Shown: positions 60,090 to 64,000 of the stretch, in pieces | Layout: each line of letters begins with the position of its first letter | Position numbering within the stretch: position 1 is the first letter of the stretch | DNA from: an uncultured Acidimicrobiaceae bacterium | Lineage (GTDB): Bacteria > Actinomycetota > Acidimicrobiia > Acidimicrobiales > RAAP-2 | Direction of reading: 5' to 3' | DNA length: 64,000 nucleotides | Assembly: GCA_963828385.1 (NCBI GenBank) | Contig: CAWHEF010000002.1 | Span: 2,687,198-2,751,197, forward strand | The notes under the pieces: model-generated | Databases searched by the model: none | What the model was told of the DNA's origin: nothing | Seen by the model: only the letters and a program-made list of their open reading frames with translations | Program-made: the position numbers and the translations under genes

Positions 60090-60847
60090 TCGACGCAACC
60101 GGAAGACCCCAGTCAGTGCTCGTCCTCGGCGGCTCGTCGGAGCTGGCCCAAGCCCTCGTGGACCGCCTGGTGCCGGCCCGGTGCCGCACCGTCGTGCTCG
60201 CCGGGCGGAAGGGCCCGCGCCTGGACGAGGCGGTCGACCGGGCGAAGGCAGCCGGGGCCGAAACCGTCGAGCCCGTCGCCTTCGACGCCACGTCGGTGGA
60301 CGACCATCGGGAGTTCGCCGACATGGTCTTCGATCGCCTCGGTGACATCGACCTCGTCGTCGTGGCCGCCGGTGTCCTCGGCGACCAGGAACACGACGAG
60401 AAGGACCCAGTGGCAGCGGCGGGCGTCCTCACTGCCAACTTCGCCGGCCTCGCCCCGGCCATGCTGGCCGTGGCGGACCGGATGCGACGCCAGGGCCACG
60501 GCAAGCTCGTCGTCTTCTCCTCGGTCGCCGGCGACCGGGCGAGAAAGGCGAACTTCATCTACGGCTCGTCGAAGTCCGGGCTCGACGCCTTCTCACAGGG
60601 ACTGGCCGACTCGCTGGCCGGAACGGGCGTGAGCGTGCTCATCGTCCGACCAGGTTTCGTCGTCGGGCGAATGACCGAGGGCATGAGCCCGGCTCCGTTC
60701 TCCACCACCCCCGACGCCGTGGCCGATGCCGTGGTGGGAGGCATCGAGTCGGGGGCGGCCGTCGTGTACGTGCCCCCGGTGCTGCGGTGGGTGTTCGCCG
60801 TCATGCGCCTTCTCCCCCGCTTCGTCTGGCGGCAGATGCCGGGGTAA
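60086..60847 (+). CDS. dprE2: Decaprenylphospho-2-keto-ribose reductase (SDR family)
   Basis: ATGA overlap with dprE1. VLVLGGSSELAQAL (Rossmann), the SDR catalytic YGSSK, and synteny with dprE1. Confidence 0.85.
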   Translation: MIDATGRPQSVLVLGGSSELAQALVDRLVPARCRTVVLAGRKGPRLDEAVDRAKAAGAETVEPVAFDATSVDDHREFADMVFDRLGDIDLVVVAAGVLGDQEHDEKDPVAAAGVLTANFAGLAPAMLAVADRMRRQGHGKLVVFSSVAGDRARKANFIYGSSKSGLDAFSQGLADSLAGTGVSVLIVRPGFVVGRMTEGMSPAPFSTTPDAVADAVVGGIESGAAVVYVPPVLRWVFAVMRLLPRFVWRQMPG

Positions 60848-60943
60848 GTGGCTGCTCCTTCTCGACGGCGAACTCTGGCCACCGCCCCTGCGCCCGGTCC
60901 GGTGGCGCCGCTCACGGCGGACACTGCAGTCTGCGACACGGTG

Positions 60944-63328
60944 TCAGGCCCGCTTGAGCGGCGCCATCCGCAGCAACAGCTGCTTGCGTCCAACCGACGC
61001 GAAGTCGACCGCGGCTTCGGCGTCGTCGCCGTCGCCGCCCACGGACAGGACGGTTCCCTCCCCCCACTTGCCGTGGACGACCCGGTCGCCGGTCGCCAGG
61101 CCCAGCTGCTCTGCGCCGGTCGAGGCCGGGGCCCGGCGGCGGCGCCCGGTGGCGTCGAACTCACCGGCCGCCTGCCCTCGACCGAAGAGGCTCCGCCCGG
61201 GCGTTCCCCCCTCGTCCACCCCGCCTCGGGCGCCGTACCCGCCGGAGCCGAACCCGCCGGCTGTGCCCACATCCCGCATGAGCTCGGAGGGGATCTCGTT
61301 CAAGAACCGGCTCGGGATGTTGGAGCTCGGGCTGCCGAAGACCATGCGGCTCCAGGCGTGCGAGAGGTAGAGGTACCGCTCGGCGCGGGTGATGCCGACA
61401 TAACAGAGGCGGCGCTCCTCCTCGAGCTCGACTGGTTCGCCGAGCGATCGGAGATGGGGAAAGATGCCGTCCTCCATCCCCACCAAAAAGACGGCCGGGA
61501 ACTCGAGCCCCTTGGCGATGTGCATGGTCATGAGCGAGGTGCGGGTTCCATCCCCGTCGAGCTGGTCGGAGTCGGCCACCAGTGAGGCCGCCTCCAAGAA
61601 CTCTGCGAGGGTCCGGTACTCGCCGGCCACGTTGGCCAGCTCATCGACGTTCTCGATGCGCCCCAAAGCCTCGATGGTCCCCTCGGCCAGGAGCTCGCTG
61701 CGGTAGCCCGTTCGCTCCAGAACCGCCTTGACCAGTGAGCCGGGATCCATGACCGCCCCGGCGTCGGTAGCCCCGGCGCCCGCGACCCATCTGTCCTCCG
61801 GCATCGAGTCCCTCCCGCCGTCCGGGAGCGGCTCGGGAAGCTCGGTGATCGGCGGCGGGGTGAGCGCCTCACCGTTGTCATCGACCACGGGCGGCACGAC
61901 CATCCTCGAACGGAGCTCGGCCAAGAGCTCGGACAGCTCGACGAGCCTCTTGGCCGCCTTTCCTGGTACGCCGGCCTCTGTCGGATGGGCCACGGCCTCC
62001 CCGAAGGACAGGCCTCGCTGTCCGGCCCAGCCCGACAGCCGGGCAACCGAGGTGTCCCCCACCCCCCGCTTGGGCACGTTGACCACACGCCGCCAGCTCA
62101 CCTCGTCGTCCGGGTTGACCAGCACGCGCAGATAGGCCATGACGTCCTTCACCTCGCGCCGGTCGTAGAAGCGGGTGCCGCCGACCACCCGGTAGGGCAC
62201 CTCGGCCCGGACGAGTGCCTCCTCGAGGGCCCTGCTCTGGGCATTGGTGCGATAGAAGACGGCCACGTCCCCCCACAGGAGCCCCTCCTCGCCGTGCAGC
62301 CGGCCGATCTCGTGGGCCACCCATGCCGCCTCGTCCTCCTCGTCCTCGGCGCGGTAGCGGACGATCCGCTCGCCGCCGCCGCTGTCGGTCCACAGGTTCT
62401 TGGGCTTGCGCGACACGTTGTTGGTGATGACGGCGTTGGCGGCGTCGAGGATGGTCTGGGTCGACCGGAAGTTCTGGTCCAAGGTGATGACCCGTGCGTC
62501 GGGAAAGGCCTTCTCGAAGTCGAGGATGTTCGAGATGTCCGCGCCCCGGAACCGGTACACGGACTGGTCGCTGTCCCCGACCACCACGACGTTGCGGTGC
62601 TCTTCGGCCAGGAGTACGGCCAGGGCGTTCTGGACCGTGTTGGTGTCCTGGTACTCGTCGATCAGAACGTTGGTGAACCGGGTCCGGTAGTGCTCGAGGA
62701 CGTCGGGGAAGGCGCCGAGCAGGCGCACCGCGTTCAGCAGCAGATCGTCGAAGTCCATGGCGTTGGCGGCGACCAGACGCTTCTGGTACTGCTCGAAGAC
62801 GTCGGCAATCCGCCTGTCGAAGACGGTCAGCGCACTGGCCCGGTACTCGTCGGGGCCGAGCTGAGCGGTCTTGGCCTGGCTGATCTGGCCGAGGATGGCC
62901 CGGGGCGACAGCCTCTTCGTGTCGAGGTCGAGCTCCCGGCAGATGATCTCCGTGAGTCGTCTCGAGTCGGCCTCGTCGTAGATCGTGAACGAGCCCTTGT
63001 AGCCGAGCCTGTCACCATGTGCGCGCAGGATGCGGACGCAGGCCGAGTGGAAGGTCGAAACCCACATGCGCTTGGCTCGGGGACCCACCAACTCCGCGAC
63101 CCGGGATCGCATCTCGTCGGCGGCCTTGTTGGTGAACGTGATGGCCAGGATCTGGAACGGGGCGGCGTCCCCGGTGGCGATGAGGTGGGCGATCCGGCGG
63201 GTGAGCACCCGGGTCTTGCCCGAACCGGCGCCGGCCACGATGAGGAGGGGCCCTCCCCGGGCCACGACCGCTTCGGTCTGCGCCGCGGTCAGCCCGTCGA
63301 GCAGGTCCTCGGGACTCGTCACTCCCAC
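60944..63328 (-). CDS. pcrA: ATP-dependent DNA helicase PcrA/UvrD family
   Basis: Walker [25 protein letters not shown], and [15 protein letters not shown]. The GTG at 63322 forms a GTGA overlap with the guaA stop; the ORF opens at 63328. Confidence 0.92.
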   Translation of the reverse strand: MGVTSPEDLLDGLTAAQTEAVVARGGPLLIVAGAGSGKTRVLTRRIAHLIATGDAAPFQILAITFTNKAADEMRSRVAELVGPRAKRMWVSTFHSACVRILRAHGDRLGYKGSFTIYDEADSRRLTEIICRELDLDTKRLSPRAILGQISQAKTAQLGPDEYRASALTVFDRRIADVFEQYQKRLVAANAMDFDDLLLNAVRLLGAFPDVLEHYRTRFTNVLIDEYQDTNTVQNALAVLLAEEHRNVVVVGDSDQSVYRFRGADISNILDFEKAFPDARVITLDQNFRSTQTILDAANAVITNNVSRKPKNLWTDSGGGERIVRYRAEDEEDEAAWVAHEIGRLHGEEGLLWGDVAVFYRTNAQSRALEEALVRAEVPYRVVGGTRFYDRREVKDVMAYLRVLVNPDDEVSWRRVVNVPKRGVGDTSVARLSGWAGQRGLSFGEAVAHPTEAGVPGKAAKRLVELSELLAELRSRMVVPPVVDDNGEALTPPPITELPEPLPDGGRDSMPEDRWVAGAGATDAGAVMDPGSLVKAVLERTGYRSELLAEGTIEALGRIENVDELANVAGEYRTLAEFLEAASLVADSDQLDGDGTRTSLMTMHIAKGLEFPAVFLVGMEDGIFPHLRSLGEPVELEEERRLCYVGITRAERYLYLSHAWSRMVFGSPSSNIPSRFLNEIPSELMRDVGTAGGFGSGGYGARGGVDEGGTPGRSLFGRGQAAGEFDATGRRRRAPASTGAEQLGLATGDRVVHGKWGEGTVLSVGGDGDDAEAAVDFASVGRKQLLLRMAPLKRA

Positions 63329-64000
63329 TCGATGGTGCCGGGTGGCTTGGAGGTCACGTCGAGGGCCACCCGGTTCACGCCATCCACTTCGTTGATGATC
63401 CGGGACGAGAGGCGCTCGACCACGTCGTAGGGCAGGCGGGCCCAGTCGGCCGTCATGGCGTCGTCACTCGTGACGGCGCGGATCACGATCGGGTAGGCAT
63501 AGGTGCGCCCATCGCCCATCACCCCGACGGTGCGCACGGCGGGCAGCACGGCGAAGCTCTGCCACAGCTCCCGGGCGAGGCCGGCCCGGCGGATCTCCTC
63601 CATGACGATGGCGTCCGCAGCGCGGAGGATCTCGGCCCGCTCCGGGGTCACCTCCCCGACGATGCGCACGGCCAGCCCCGGTCCGGGAAAGGGCTGACGC
63701 CAGACGATCTCGTGGGGAAGGCCCAACTCCTCGCCTACGGCCCGCACCTCGTCCTTGAACAGAAGGCGGAGCGGCTCGACCAGGTCGAACGCCAGGTCCG
63801 CGGGGAGACCGCCGACGTTGTGATGGGACTTGATGGCAGCGGCGACGTCGGACCCCGACTCGATGACGTCGGGGTAGAGGGTGCCCTGGACGAGATAGCC
63901 CGAAGCCCGCTCGTCGGTCGCATCGGTCTCCGGATCGAACTGCTCGACGACGAGGTCGGACGCCACCTCCTCGAAGATGCGGATGAACAGCTCGCCGATC
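63319..64000 (-). CDS. guaA: GMP synthase (glutamine-hydrolysing), C-terminal part; the gene continues beyond the window
   Basis: [43 protein letters not shown], and the C-terminal KPPGTIEWE. Confidence 0.92.
   Translation of the reverse strand, partial: IGELFIRIFEEVASDLVVEQFDPETDATDERASGYLVQGTLYPDVIESGSDVAAAIKSHHNVGGLPADLAFDLVEPLRLLFKDEVRAVGEELGLPHEIVWRQPFPGPGLAVRIVGEVTPERAEILRAADAIVMEEIRRAGLARELWQSFAVLPAVRTVGVMGDGRTYAYPIVIRAVTSDDAMTADWARLPYDVVERLSSRIINEVDGVNRVALDVTSKPPGTIEWE

Overview
High-G+C, actinobacterial-type chromosomal segment (composition judged by eye, not computed), in two parts. (1) About 1-14.7 kb is an accessory, visibly decayed mosaic. It holds small regulators (TetR, a three-frame LuxR, MarR), two hemerythrin-domain genes and four gene remnants (PQQ-type dehydrogenase, alpha/beta-hydrolase, ABC-2 permease, histidine kinase). 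It also holds an IS21 remnant, an ISL3 element and a GntR/ABC/ABC-2/CHAP module. A family of intergenic repeats built from TGCATAGG(G)CA units runs through it. The mosaic ends at an initiator-type tRNA-Met (14645-14721, minus), and a degenerate tRNA-like relic lies 7.9 kb away in the same orientation. (2) About 14.8-64 kb is conserved core. It carries UPF0182, a DivIVA-domain protein, a PDZ/Lon (YlbL-like) protein, MreB, and an HtrA-like plus a zincin-like protein that both lack their catalytic motifs. Further along are two WhiB genes flanking a formimidoyltransferase, a GH92 mannosidase, an AAA+/VWA pair and an Sdh2-type succinate dehydrogenase operon. Then come SCP2/VOC genes, a sulfatase, an SGNH lipoprotein, monomeric icd, mdh, vapBC and a one-carbon/purine operon (purN-purH-folD-cupin-membrane protein-metF). 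The window ends with sucCD, a stand-alone B12-binding domain, the decaprenyl-phospho-arabinose cluster (UbiA-type PRTase, dprE1, dprE2), pcrA and the 3' part of guaA. About 17 genes, including sucC, sucD, dprE1 and UPF0182, carry single-nucleotide frame breaks, several of them in homopolymer runs. Assembly consensus error is therefore as likely as real decay, and pseudogene calls for otherwise full-length genes are provisional. No rRNA, CRISPR array or intact prophage was seen. No single obvious novel multi-gene system stands out. The best leads are the repeat family with the tRNA relic island, the paired catalytically dead protease homologs next to mreB, a Mu-F-like protein in the division neighbourhood, and the AAA+/VWA pair.
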